A stretch of 32,000 bases of DNA from Candidatus Saccharimonadota bacterium (GTDB taxonomy: Bacteria; Patescibacteriota; Saccharimonadia; Saccharimonadales; Saccharimonadaceae): contig JAIUPJ010000001.1 in NCBI GenBank assembly GCA_020160975.1, forward strand, positions 330,001 to 362,000. Direction: 5' to 3'. The position numbers and the translations under genes are program-made. Positions 10,891-18,917 of this stretch are shown piece after piece. Every line of letters begins with the position of its first letter. The first letter of the stretch is position 1. Under the pieces are notes generated by a model. It was not told the origin of the DNA, ran no database searches, and worked only from the letters and a program-made list of their open reading frames with translations.

Positions 10891-13752
10891 TATATGTACT
10901 TCATCATCAGAGGCAGCCTGAAGGTGCAGTTCATCTGCGGGCGGCAGTGTAGCCGCAGACGTCTCCCCGCTTTTTTGTGCAGGCGCTGTGCTAGCAGCAT
11001 CGTTCGATGCAGGGGTAAACGATATAACCTCGGACGGCTGAGTGCCGAGTGGTGCTGAAGAGAAAGGAGTTGCCTGTGGCATTGCTGCACTAAGAGGAAC
11101 AGCCGCTGGTGGTGTGGACGTTGTTTGACGAGGCGCTGGCATCGCTGCTGAAGGCACCGGCGAGCTCCCCCCGCCTGCCGTCATCTGCTTGCGCTTGGCC
11201 AGCCATTCATCCAGGAACGACGAGCCCGAGGGCTTTATTGATGAAGCGCTCGCTGGAGATCCGGGCAGGCTTGCACCAGCCGGCGTCTCTTTCTTGACAC
11301 TGAGACGAGCAAATATTTCTTGCTCGACCTGGGCTCGTGGCCGGCCAAACTTAGCAGCAGATAGTCGCTTCAAGGCATCGCTCAGTTGCTGGTTGGACTG
11401 CCCCATTGGCGGCACCCAACTCATACTAAACGGTGCCGATGGCACTCCTTGGATCTGCGCCACACAAACTGACTGATAATTTGGTAACTTTGTCAGGTCT
11501 TCGGCGTCAAAGACGGGGGTATAGCGCTTGACCATAATCTCCGCATCCGTGATACCGATTCGCCCCGTAATCGTAGTACCGACGTTACCAATAATCGCCT
11601 CGCGAAGTTCTTCCTTCAGCTGAGTCATGAACTGATTACCTAGCGTCAAACTAAGACGGTACTTACGAGCCTCAGAGAGAATGGTCTCAAAGCTGTCTGT
11701 TGCAAAGTTCTGGAACTCATCCACATAGAGAGTAAAGTCTTTGCGCTCTTCCTCTGGCATGTTTGCGCGCGCCATTGCCGCTGCCTGGAACTTCATCACG
11801 AAGATAATACCAAGCAAGCGTGAGTTGAGATCGCCCATCTTACCTTTCGACAAGTTCACAAGGAGGATTTTGTTATTGTTCATGATGTCAGAGAAATTGA
11901 AGCCGCTTTTTGTCTGCCCGATGATATTGCGCATTGCGTCGTTGCTAATAAATGGCCCAAATTTTGAGACCACCCAGCTAATCACCTCGCCAGCCTCACT
12001 GGAGCGCTGCGAAGCAGGAAACTCCTTGGTCCAAAAGTCCAATACATTTTGATCCGTCACATGCTTGAGCTTGCTCTTCATGAACTCTTCATCGATCAAC
12101 AGTTTTGGAATGTCAATAAAGGTACCGCCCGCGGGATCACTCATCAGCAAAAGTGCGCAGTTGCGGAAGATATGCTCGAGCCGAGGGCCCACAATACCCG
12201 TATGCCCTGGATCATATAGACCATAGAGCATGCTAATCGCCTCCTGGACGAGGAAGTCCTTTTGGTCAGGATGATCGAACTCAAACATGTTGAGCCCCGC
12301 AGGGTGTGCCATGTCGCTCGGATTAAAGTAGACAACGTCCTCAACTCGCTCCTTAGGAACCTTAGACAGCAAAGCTTCAACTGAATCGCCATGTGGGTCA
12401 ACAAAGGCAAAGCCACGGCCATCCATCATATCTTGATACGCTAGGTTCTCCTGTAGCACTGATTTACCGACACCTGTCTGACCGATAATATGGATATGAC
12501 GTCGCCGATCCTTATCGCCCAAGCGAATTGGTTTTTTGACGCCACGAAACTCGTTATAGCCAAGCAAGAGCCCCTCTTCCATGATTTGCGTTGGCCCATC
12601 CACCTGCTTGCTCATCTGACGTTCAACTTGCGAAGTAGGAATACTATTTTGATCAGGCAGGTGAAAAATCGAGGCTAACTCTATGCTATTGAGTATGTTG
12701 GCTCGTACTGCCTGTGGGAAGAATCGAAAGATAAACGAGGAAGCAAGTTCATCAACATTTTTGGAGAGCGTAAATCTGAATCCATTGTTGCTTGGCGAGT
12801 CAAACAGAGCAAACGCCGACACAACATTTTTGAGTAGAGACTGCGCTTGTCCAGATGTATTCGACGAAACAACGATGCGGATCAATGTTTCGAACCCAGG
12901 GTATCTGGTTTTCTCGTCGATCGCTTCAATCATTTGCTGCTCGACTGAAGTCAATTGCGTATCGACAGAATGCTCTGTCTGTTGGTGTTCTGCAGGATTC
13001 GGTGGTCGCCACAGAGCTTCGGTGATATCCCGCACCGCAAACATGCTGCCATGAGATGCCTTACCCGTCGCACGATCTTTCTTGATCTTTTCCACTGCTT
13101 TACGTGACGCGTGCACCCAGCCTTCTGGCGCTGGGCGAATCAATATTTGAATCCCAATCCCATCTTCTCGACCGGCAGCCGAGAGCGCATTGAGAAGTGC
13201 TCGCGAGGCGTCGCGCTTTGTTTCGGCGTAGGTAGCGATTGGTTTTGAAAAGTGCTTCTTGAGTGTCAGCTCGCCACCGATTGTTCCGCTCAATTTACCT
13301 ACTTCACTAAACACCGTGTGTTCAGTCACCTCTTCGAGCCGAGACGATGGGTACGCCGCTGCTACCGCTTGGCGCACTGCGTCAGTTAGCACAGTAGGGA
13401 CAACAGCATAGTAGTGAACCAGCCCGCCCTTGGCAACAATCTCAAACGCCATATGTCTTTGGCCATACACTTTGCTTTTAAACCCTTTGGTGATCGTACT
13501 GGCAATAATGTTATACATGACACTCGCCTGCGACAATGCCTCCTCTGTCACATCGCGTTTATCGCGGCTATTGACTTCGATATCGTCAGTAGCAGGAGGC
13601 AGATGAATGAGAATCGGCACCATTTTTAGACCCCGCTCATAATTCTTTGCTTCCCGAAGGGTCCGACGGTAGACCAAAAACGCTCCCACAGCCGTCGCAA
13701 TCACAACAACAGCGAATCCAAACAAGCTAACAAAAACAGCTGCAGTATTCAT
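10879..13752 (-). CDS. VirD4/TraG/TraD-like type IV secretion coupling-protein-family ATPase, with an N-terminal TM and a Pro/Ala/Ser-rich tail
   Basis: 957 aa. Walker A is IIGQTGVGKS and Walker B is LYVDEFQNF, followed by ARKYRLSLTLGNQF, which is typical of the TraG-D_C / T4SS DNA-transfer ATPase family. The roughly 170-aa C-terminus is low complexity. Confidence 0.75.
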   Translation of the reverse strand: MNTAAVFVSLFGFAVVVIATAVGAFLVYRRTLREAKNYERGLKMVPILIHLPPATDDIEVNSRDKRDVTEEALSQASVMYNIIASTITKGFKSKVYGQRHMAFEIVAKGGLVHYYAVVPTVLTDAVRQAVAAAYPSSRLEEVTEHTVFSEVGKLSGTIGGELTLKKHFSKPIATYAETKRDASRALLNALSAAGREDGIGIQILIRPAPEGWVHASRKAVEKIKKDRATGKASHGSMFAVRDITEALWRPPNPAEHQQTEHSVDTQLTSVEQQMIEAIDEKTRYPGFETLIRIVVSSNTSGQAQSLLKNVVSAFALFDSPSNNGFRFTLSKNVDELASSFIFRFFPQAVRANILNSIELASIFHLPDQNSIPTSQVERQMSKQVDGPTQIMEEGLLLGYNEFRGVKKPIRLGDKDRRRHIHIIGQTGVGKSVLQENLAYQDMMDGRGFAFVDPHGDSVEALLSKVPKERVEDVVYFNPSDMAHPAGLNMFEFDHPDQKDFLVQEAISMLYGLYDPGHTGIVGPRLEHIFRNCALLLMSDPAGGTFIDIPKLLIDEEFMKSKLKHVTDQNVLDFWTKEFPASQRSSEAGEVISWVVSKFGPFISNDAMRNIIGQTKSGFNFSDIMNNNKILLVNLSKGKMGDLNSRLLGIIFVMKFQAAAMARANMPEEERKDFTLYVDEFQNFATDSFETILSEARKYRLSLTLGNQFMTQLKEELREAIIGNVGTTITGRIGITDAEIMVKRYTPVFDAEDLTKLPNYQSVCVAQIQGVPSAPFSMSWVPPMGQSNQQLSDALKRLSAAKFGRPRAQVEQEIFARLSVKKETPAGASLPGSPASASSIKPSGSSFLDEWLAKRKQMTAGGGSSPVPSAAMPAPRQTTSTPPAAVPLSAAMPQATPFSSAPLGTQPSEVISFTPASNDAASTAPAQKSGETSAATLPPADELHLQAASDDEVHIKLR

Positions 13753-14162
13753 CAGTCGCCCGCGTCACCAATCACACGCCCGTACCGTTTACGTACATAT
13801 TCTATTTGAAGTTTGCTGATCTCACGCTCGCGTCGATAAGGGTCATCACGCGTCTCGGCAATAATCTTCTTTGCCTTATCCACCCATTCCTTCTCGATCA
13901 AATCAACGTCAGCCGCTGTCTGATCGTCGTTCGTGAGCGAAGATACAGGGTCTGGTGCAGTTGTAATAATAGGAGTAGGCAGCGCGGGCATCGCTACTTG
14001 AGCCGCCTCAGCCTGAACTACACCTAGTTCTGGGCGTTTCTCAGGTGCGACCTCTGGGTTATGTCCTGCCAACTGTTCAGGCATGAGAGCAGGAGAAATC
14101 TCGCCGACAGGCATCGGCATTCGTTCAACATTCCCTCCCCCTCCAGATTGTCTTGGCTCCAT
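13752..14162 (-). CDS. Hypothetical protein (136 aa)
   Basis: Its stop overlaps the downstream ATG (ATGA at 13750-13754), which suggests translational coupling with the ATPase gene. No family recognised. Confidence 0.55.
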   Translation of the reverse strand: MEPRQSGGGGNVERMPMPVGEISPALMPEQLAGHNPEVAPEKRPELGVVQAEAAQVAMPALPTPIITTAPDPVSSLTNDDQTAADVDLIEKEWVDKAKKIIAETRDDPYRREREISKLQIEYVRKRYGRVIGDAGD

Positions 14163-14206
14163 ATTCTCATAAATTATAGCATAACTGTTGTCGTGTGCGA
14201 ACTAGC

Positions 14207-14572
14207 TTAGCGACGTTTCATGACGTAAAAACAAGCAATAATTTCAAACAAAATCACCAGCGCCACATCCTGCAGTCCACTATGCCCTATTGAGCGCATA
14301 CCGACAATCATCACTGGAGCAAGCGCAAGTACCGAGGCATAATAGTACAGCTGCTGGAGGCGAATCTCCTGCTTTTTGCGACGAAACGCATTGAGTGCTC
14401 TGGCAATTCCGTACATAAAAAAAGTTAGCACTCCTAGTGACAACAGATAAAATAATACAAAAACCAAAAGAATCCCAAGAGGGTGAATTGTCGACGGAGA
14501 AGTCGACTGCAACAGCGCGGACAACAAGACAAACGCGCCAAGGGTAATGAGTGCTAATACTTTCCCAAGCAT
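14207..14572 (-). CDS. Hypothetical integral membrane protein (121 aa, 4 predicted TM), apparently leaderless
   Basis: Strongly hydrophobic. It is the first gene of the minus-strand operon, and an extended -10 lies 6 nt upstream of the ATG. Confidence 0.6.
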   Translation of the reverse strand: MLGKVLALITLGAFVLLSALLQSTSPSTIHPLGILLVFVLFYLLSLGVLTFFMYGIARALNAFRRKKQEIRLQQLYYYASVLALAPVMIVGMRSIGHSGLQDVALVILFEIIACFYVMKRR

Positions 14573-14578
14573 GACACT

Positions 14579-14587
14579 ATCATACCA
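14579..14587 (-). promoter_or_regulatory. Extended -10 (TGGTATGAT) positioned for a leaderless transcript
   Basis: Minus strand reads TGGTATGAT-agtgtc-ATG. No Shine-Dalgarno sequence is possible in the 6-nt gap. Confidence 0.5.
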
Positions 14588-15789
14588 CTAAAGGTAAAAG
14601 AGAGCCCAGAGCGAAAGAGCAAAGCATACTGCTGTAACGACCTGCTAATAAATAACTATTCAGGTGTCAGCTCAATCGCTCATAGGGCTACTGACCGCTC
14701 CACATAGTGGAGCATAGGTCCTTTGCGATACGTTCCACTTCACGCTTGGTGGTCTCGCTGCTTCTCACCTGGTAGTGGAGAAACAAGGATTTACCAAGCG
14801 CGAGGTACTAATACCATCCGCTACAACGCCAAGATAAATTGCTTTCTCGATCGGCGGAGCATAGGCAGCGCCACATAAATGGTACATATAATGTGCGTGG
14901 TGTTCGACGCGAGTCAATCACCAATGTTATACCAGTGCCGTTGCCTACTTTCCGTCTATGGGTGCGGAAAGGCTCATTGGTCAGTATGTAAATTGTTAAG
15001 GATTTGTGGTGGCTTCTGACATTTTTGTTTTTGTAAAAGCTTAGATTTATACTAGCATAAACAATTTAATTATGCAAGCGTTTGCGATGACTATAACGTT
15101 GTTATAAATACATCTAGTTGTATTTAACACCTTATATTGCTATTTGTTGTACAAAATACTCATATAATTTCTGTTGTATTATTGTGCTATTTACGCCAAT
15201 AGCGTGTCGTCTGTCTTACTCTTTCGGCTATAGCCAAGCCAAAAAAATCGATACAAAGGACAACGCCCATGCAACCTCACGATTATTCGCAGGCATACGC
15301 TTTGTCAGCTACTGTCGTTCACACGAGCAGCTCCACGACAAACAACTCCTAATACATTTTTGCCAAAATTAGAAATACGAGTCCGCGCATTAATTCACAC
15401 ACAGGCTGACGGTCAATTTGTTGAAAAACCCGCACTACCATGCTTCAGCCGTCCTGCGGATACCCCACCGCACGATGCACAGCAAAAAGTTGTTCAATTC
15501 ATGGGCTCTCCAAATTGTCAGCATGCAACTCTTACTAAATCACGTGATGCTTCGAGCTTCCTTGCCTGCAATCCCGACATACTACGAACTAGAACGTACC
15601 GAAAAAATCATTTTTCCTGGGTTCGGTCTACAGTCCACATTCGCGCCACCGCCTTCCCTTCACATACCTATGGCCTGCCAGTGACGTAACGCAACGTGAA
15701 CCATCCGCGCAAAAATTATATCCACTTTTTTCTATTCTAATACGCGGCAAGCGTAGTATTTTTTACTGAGAAAATCTTCTAGAAAGTTA

Positions 15790-15818
15790 TTGACATTAGC
15801 GCTTTAGAAGCATATTAT
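15790..15818 (+). promoter_or_regulatory. Near-consensus sigma70 promoter with no downstream ORF
   Basis: TTGACA (15790-15795), a 17-nt spacer, then TATTAT (15813-15818). Confidence 0.55.
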
Positions 15819-15824
15819 AGGGGT

Positions 15825-15917
15825 AGTCCTGAGCAAATAAATTGTACAGGGACCAAAAATAAAAATATTCGAAAAACTCCACGAAAACAAGCACTACTCG
15901 CAGGTGCTTGTTTTTTT
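15825..15917 (+). ncRNA. Candidate small RNA (about 90 nt) between an orphan promoter and an intrinsic terminator
   Basis: The predicted TSS is near 15825. There is an internal hairpin GTCCTG...CAGGGAC and a terminator ACAAGCAC-TACTCGCAG-GTGCTTGT plus T7 (15887-15917). No ATG-initiated ORF is present. Confidence 0.4.
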
Positions 15918-15977
15918 CTTACGCTAAATCAGCTATTTTCAACGAAATAGTCCGAGGCTTTGGTCAGATTATTTTGT

Positions 15978-15994
15978 TGGTGGAGCTGCCGGGT
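15978..15994 (-). repeat. 17-nt exact copy of the ssrA 3' end (att-like)
   Basis: tggtggagctgccgggt is identical to 16173-16189 and lies 195 bp downstream of the real tmRNA terminus. Confidence 0.9.
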
Positions 15995-16172
15995 GAGGGT
16001 TGCCCGTGTGGAGCCGCACGGCAGGAGACGGATTTAAAGCTGTGCTTCAAGTACAGTGAGGCGAGGTTGCGCACATTTGTGCAAACAAATGATGTGCTGC
16101 CTACACCCAGGCGGGCATACAGTAAACGTACGCGAAATAGAAAAGGCTCCATGATACATGAAGCCCTTTCTT

Positions 16173-16549
16173 TGGTGGAGCTGCCGGGTACTGCCCCCGG
16201 GTCCATAAGGTAACCTGCTATACGTCTACGCACATAGTCCTATTCTGAAATTATCGCAGGCCTGCTCGAAATAGAACAAACATACAGACACTTGCGAGCT
16301 GTGAAAAATTTAAATTACGAATGACACAGCAGCATTCGCTATCGATCCTGCTAAATATGACACACTCTAGCTATAGCAGAAATCTGGCAGAGTGCGGCTT
16401 CGCAACTTAAGCGAAAGCTGGCGCTTTTTGCAATGGAGCAAAAAGCTGTGCAAGACGATTGTTTGCAACTATTGATTCTGATTACGTCAGAGGTCGATGC
16501 GCGGTAATAGCCTGTTAAAGTCCTCATGTCGATAGCGTATTTCAGCCCC
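16173..16549 (-). ncRNA. ssrA: tmRNA (transfer-messenger RNA)
   Basis: The reverse complement starts GGGGCTGAAATACGCTATCGAC and ends CCGGG-GGCAGTA-CCCGG-CAGCTCC-ACCA, giving an acceptor stem GGGGCTG/CAGCTCC with G3:U. The internal sequence AATAGTT-GCAAAC... resembles the E. coli resume region. Confidence 0.9.
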
Positions 16550-16610
16550 TACACGGTTACAGCTTATGATTATACCATAGTTTACAATCAAATGCCAGCG
16601 TGCTTTACTA

Positions 16611-18137
16611 GTGCTAGCTATGGGAAATGTTGCGAAAGTTATCACTGTTGCGCCGATTGGTTTTGACGGCCATATCATCGAGGTTGAGAGTGACATGACA
16701 AAAGGCCTTCCCTCTCTCCAGATTGTGGGCCTAGCCAACAAATCGATTGATGAAGCCAAGGAGCGGGTCAAAAGTGCCATAGCCAACACATTGCTGGAAT
16801 ACCCTCCGCGCCGTCTTACTGTTAACCTTGCCCCAGCAGAACTACCCAAAGACGGTACGCACTACGACCTGCCGATCGCTCTTGCTGTCCTTACCTCAAG
16901 CGGACAATTGCGCCAGAGTGAACTTGCCCACTCAGCCTTTGCTGGTGAGCTCGCACTCGACGGCACCGTGCGACCTATCTCTGGAGTAATTACCATCGCT
17001 GAGACAGCCCGTAGCGCTGGTCTCACGACACTCTTTCTCCCAACTGCGAATGTCGCTCAAGCGCATCTGATCAAAGATATTGATATTATCGGTGTCGACA
17101 GCCTAAAGTCCCTCTACCTGCATCTCAAGGGTGAAGTTAAGCTTCTTCCAACGACAATCACCAGCAAAGAAGAAACGTCCAAACGCAAGTCTAGCCCCTT
17201 ACTCGACGATATCTATGGTCAAGAGCAGGCCAAACGAGCCCTGACTATCGCTGCAGCGGGTCACCACAATATCCTCTTTACCGGCACACCTGGCGCTGGC
17301 AAAACCATGCTCGCCAAGACGATTGTCGGTCTTCTACCCCCACTCTCCCCCGAAGAACAGCTCGAGGCTACCAAGCTTCACAGCCTCGCTGGTACACTAA
17401 TCGACGACGTGGTACGACATCGGCCATTTCGATCACCGCACCATACCTCTAGCCAGATCTCACTTGTTGGCGGCGGCGTAAAGCCTCGCCCAGGAGAAAT
17501 TAGTCTGGCCCACCACGGTGTATTGTTCCTCGATGAAATCCCCGAATACCCCCGCAACGTTCTAGAGTCCCTCCGCCAGCCGTTGGAAGATCACGTCATT
17601 TCTGTTGCTCGAGTGAGCGGACGAGCCAACTACCCTGCCCATTTCATGCTCGTCGCCACAATGAACCCTTGTCCTTGTGGTTACTATGGCGATCCAGAGC
17701 ACGAATGTTCCTGCTCGACAATACAGATTATCAATTACCAAAAACGCTTATCGGGGCCGCTCCTTGATCGAATCGATATGGTGATTCCTGTCTCACGCAT
17801 CCCGAATGAGCTCTTGCTCGACAAAAAATCGATGTCCTCAAAACAACATGATGAAGCGCAAAATGCTATTGCTTTAGCCAAGCAAAAACAACTTAACAGA
17901 TATAAAAGTAGTATGAAAAACAACAGTTCTCTATCAAGTAGCGATATCAAAAAACTAATTCCCCTCAGCGACGAAACGAAATCGTTCCTTGATTCTGCGG
18001 CGACCAAACTAAAACTTAGTGCCCGCGGTTACTTCAAGGTTATCAAGGTCGCTCGTACCATTGCTGACCTCACCGGCGATGAACAGGTGGCCATCCCTCA
18101 TCTTGCTGAAGCCCTCCAATACCGCGGCAACTCTTGA
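16611..18137 (+). CDS. comM: YifB/ComM family Mg-chelatase-like ATPase
   Basis: 508 aa. It has an N-terminal Lon-protease-like domain, Walker A FTGTPGAGKT, LFLDEIPE and a conserved C-terminus. The start could be GTG 16611 or ATG 16620. Confidence 0.85.
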   Translation: MLAMGNVAKVITVAPIGFDGHIIEVESDMTKGLPSLQIVGLANKSIDEAKERVKSAIANTLLEYPPRRLTVNLAPAELPKDGTHYDLPIALAVLTSSGQLRQSELAHSAFAGELALDGTVRPISGVITIAETARSAGLTTLFLPTANVAQAHLIKDIDIIGVDSLKSLYLHLKGEVKLLPTTITSKEETSKRKSSPLLDDIYGQEQAKRALTIAAAGHHNILFTGTPGAGKTMLAKTIVGLLPPLSPEEQLEATKLHSLAGTLIDDVVRHRPFRSPHHTSSQISLVGGGVKPRPGEISLAHHGVLFLDEIPEYPRNVLESLRQPLEDHVISVARVSGRANYPAHFMLVATMNPCPCGYYGDPEHECSCSTIQIINYQKRLSGPLLDRIDMVIPVSRIPNELLLDKKSMSSKQHDEAQNAIALAKQKQLNRYKSSMKNNSSLSSSDIKKLIPLSDETKSFLDSAATKLKLSARGYFKVIKVARTIADLTGDEQVAIPHLAEALQYRGNS

Positions 18138-18215
18138 ATCTCCGTGCCGTATCTGTTAAAATAGTCGATGAGTAATCGCTAAATTTTAAGAGCAGCTCGA
18201 GTAAAGGAGAGTAGC

Positions 18216-18722
18216 ATCAATACATCAACTCGTATCAACGAGGCGATCCGCGCGCGGGAGCTTCGGGTGATTGGTACAGACGGAGAACAGCTTGGTATCA
18301 TGACACGTGCCGAGGCACTCAAGGTAGCCGAAGAGGCCGGAGTGGATTTGGTTGAGATTTCACCAAACGCCGACCCACCTGTCGCTAAAGTCGTAGACTG
18401 GGGCAAGTTCCAGTACCAGAAGATGAAAGAACAGCAAAAGAACCGCCGTAGCAACAAGGCGTCTGAGCTGAAACAGATGCGCTTTGGGCTCAAGATCGGC
18501 ACCAACGATCTCGAGATAAAACTTCGCAAGATACGTGAGTTTCTCAGCGAAGGCCACAAAGTCAAAATCCTTATCTTCTTTCGTGGCCGTGAAATGGCCC
18601 ACAAAGAGCTCGGCTATGTCCTTATCGACAAAGTTATGAGTCACCTCGAAGAAGACGCGATCCTCGAACAGAAACCATTGATGGCCGGACGCAATCTGTC
18701 CATCGTAATAAGGAGCAAGTAA
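18216..18722 (+). CDS. infC: Translation initiation factor IF-3, probable non-AUG (ATC) start
   Basis: The conserved N-terminus INEAIRARELRVIGTDGEQLG lies upstream of the first Met/Val of the track ORF. The frame is open back to the TAA at 18180. AAGGAG (18204-18209) sits 6 nt before the in-frame ATC at 18216. Confidence 0.8.
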   Translation: MNTSTRINEAIRARELRVIGTDGEQLGIMTRAEALKVAEEAGVDLVEISPNADPPVAKVVDWGKFQYQKMKEQQKNRRSNKASELKQMRFGLKIGTNDLEIKLRKIREFLSEGHKVKILIFFRGREMAHKELGYVLIDKVMSHLEEDAILEQKPLMAGRNLSIVIRSK

Positions 18723-18916
18723 TGCCAAAAATGAAGACCCACAAGGGCACTGCTAAGCGAATCAAGCTAACCAGTACCGGCAAACTTACCCGTCGCCGAG
18801 CGTTCGGGAACCATATGCTTTCCAAGAAAAGCAAATCGCGCAAGCGAAATATCAACACCACTGCAGTTGTAAAAGGCAGTATGGCAAAAAACGTTAAGCG
18901 AGCGTTAGGAGTCTAG
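18722..18916 (+). CDS. rpmI: 50S ribosomal protein L35
   Basis: 64 aa starting [13 protein letters not shown]. The TAATG overlap with the infC stop is present. Confidence 0.92.
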   Translation: MPKMKTHKGTAKRIKLTSTGKLTRRRAFGNHMLSKKSKSRKRNINTTAVVKGSMAKNVKRALGV

Positions 18917-18917
18917 T

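Noticed and set aside
10879-11400. Possible separate gene or repeat array in the Pro/Ala/Ser-rich 3' part of the 957-aa ORF.
   Set aside because: It is continuous in frame with the ATPase domain. I saw only low-complexity composition and no exact tandem nucleotide repeats.
14622-14990. RNase P RNA on the minus strand. It shares TGAGCGATTG and CCGCCGAT with E. coli rnpB and has a possible CATACTG/CAGTATG closing stem.
   Set aside because: It lacks the universal GAGGAAAGUCCGGGC and ACAGAACCCGGCUUA blocks. A textbook rnpB with all conserved blocks is present at 19455-19818. The short matches and the 7-bp stem are within chance expectation.
15118-15689. Three overlapping plus-strand ORFs (84, 109 and 88 aa).
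   Set aside because: They overlap each other, have no Shine-Dalgarno sequences, and give Cys/His/Thr-rich low-information peptides. I treat the region as non-coding or decayed.
15908-16849. ORFs 15908..16213 (+), 15964..16233 (-) and 16487..16849 (-).
   Set aside because: They overlap the ssrA gene, its duplicated 3' end, or the comM 5' region. They are explained by RNA-gene sequence.
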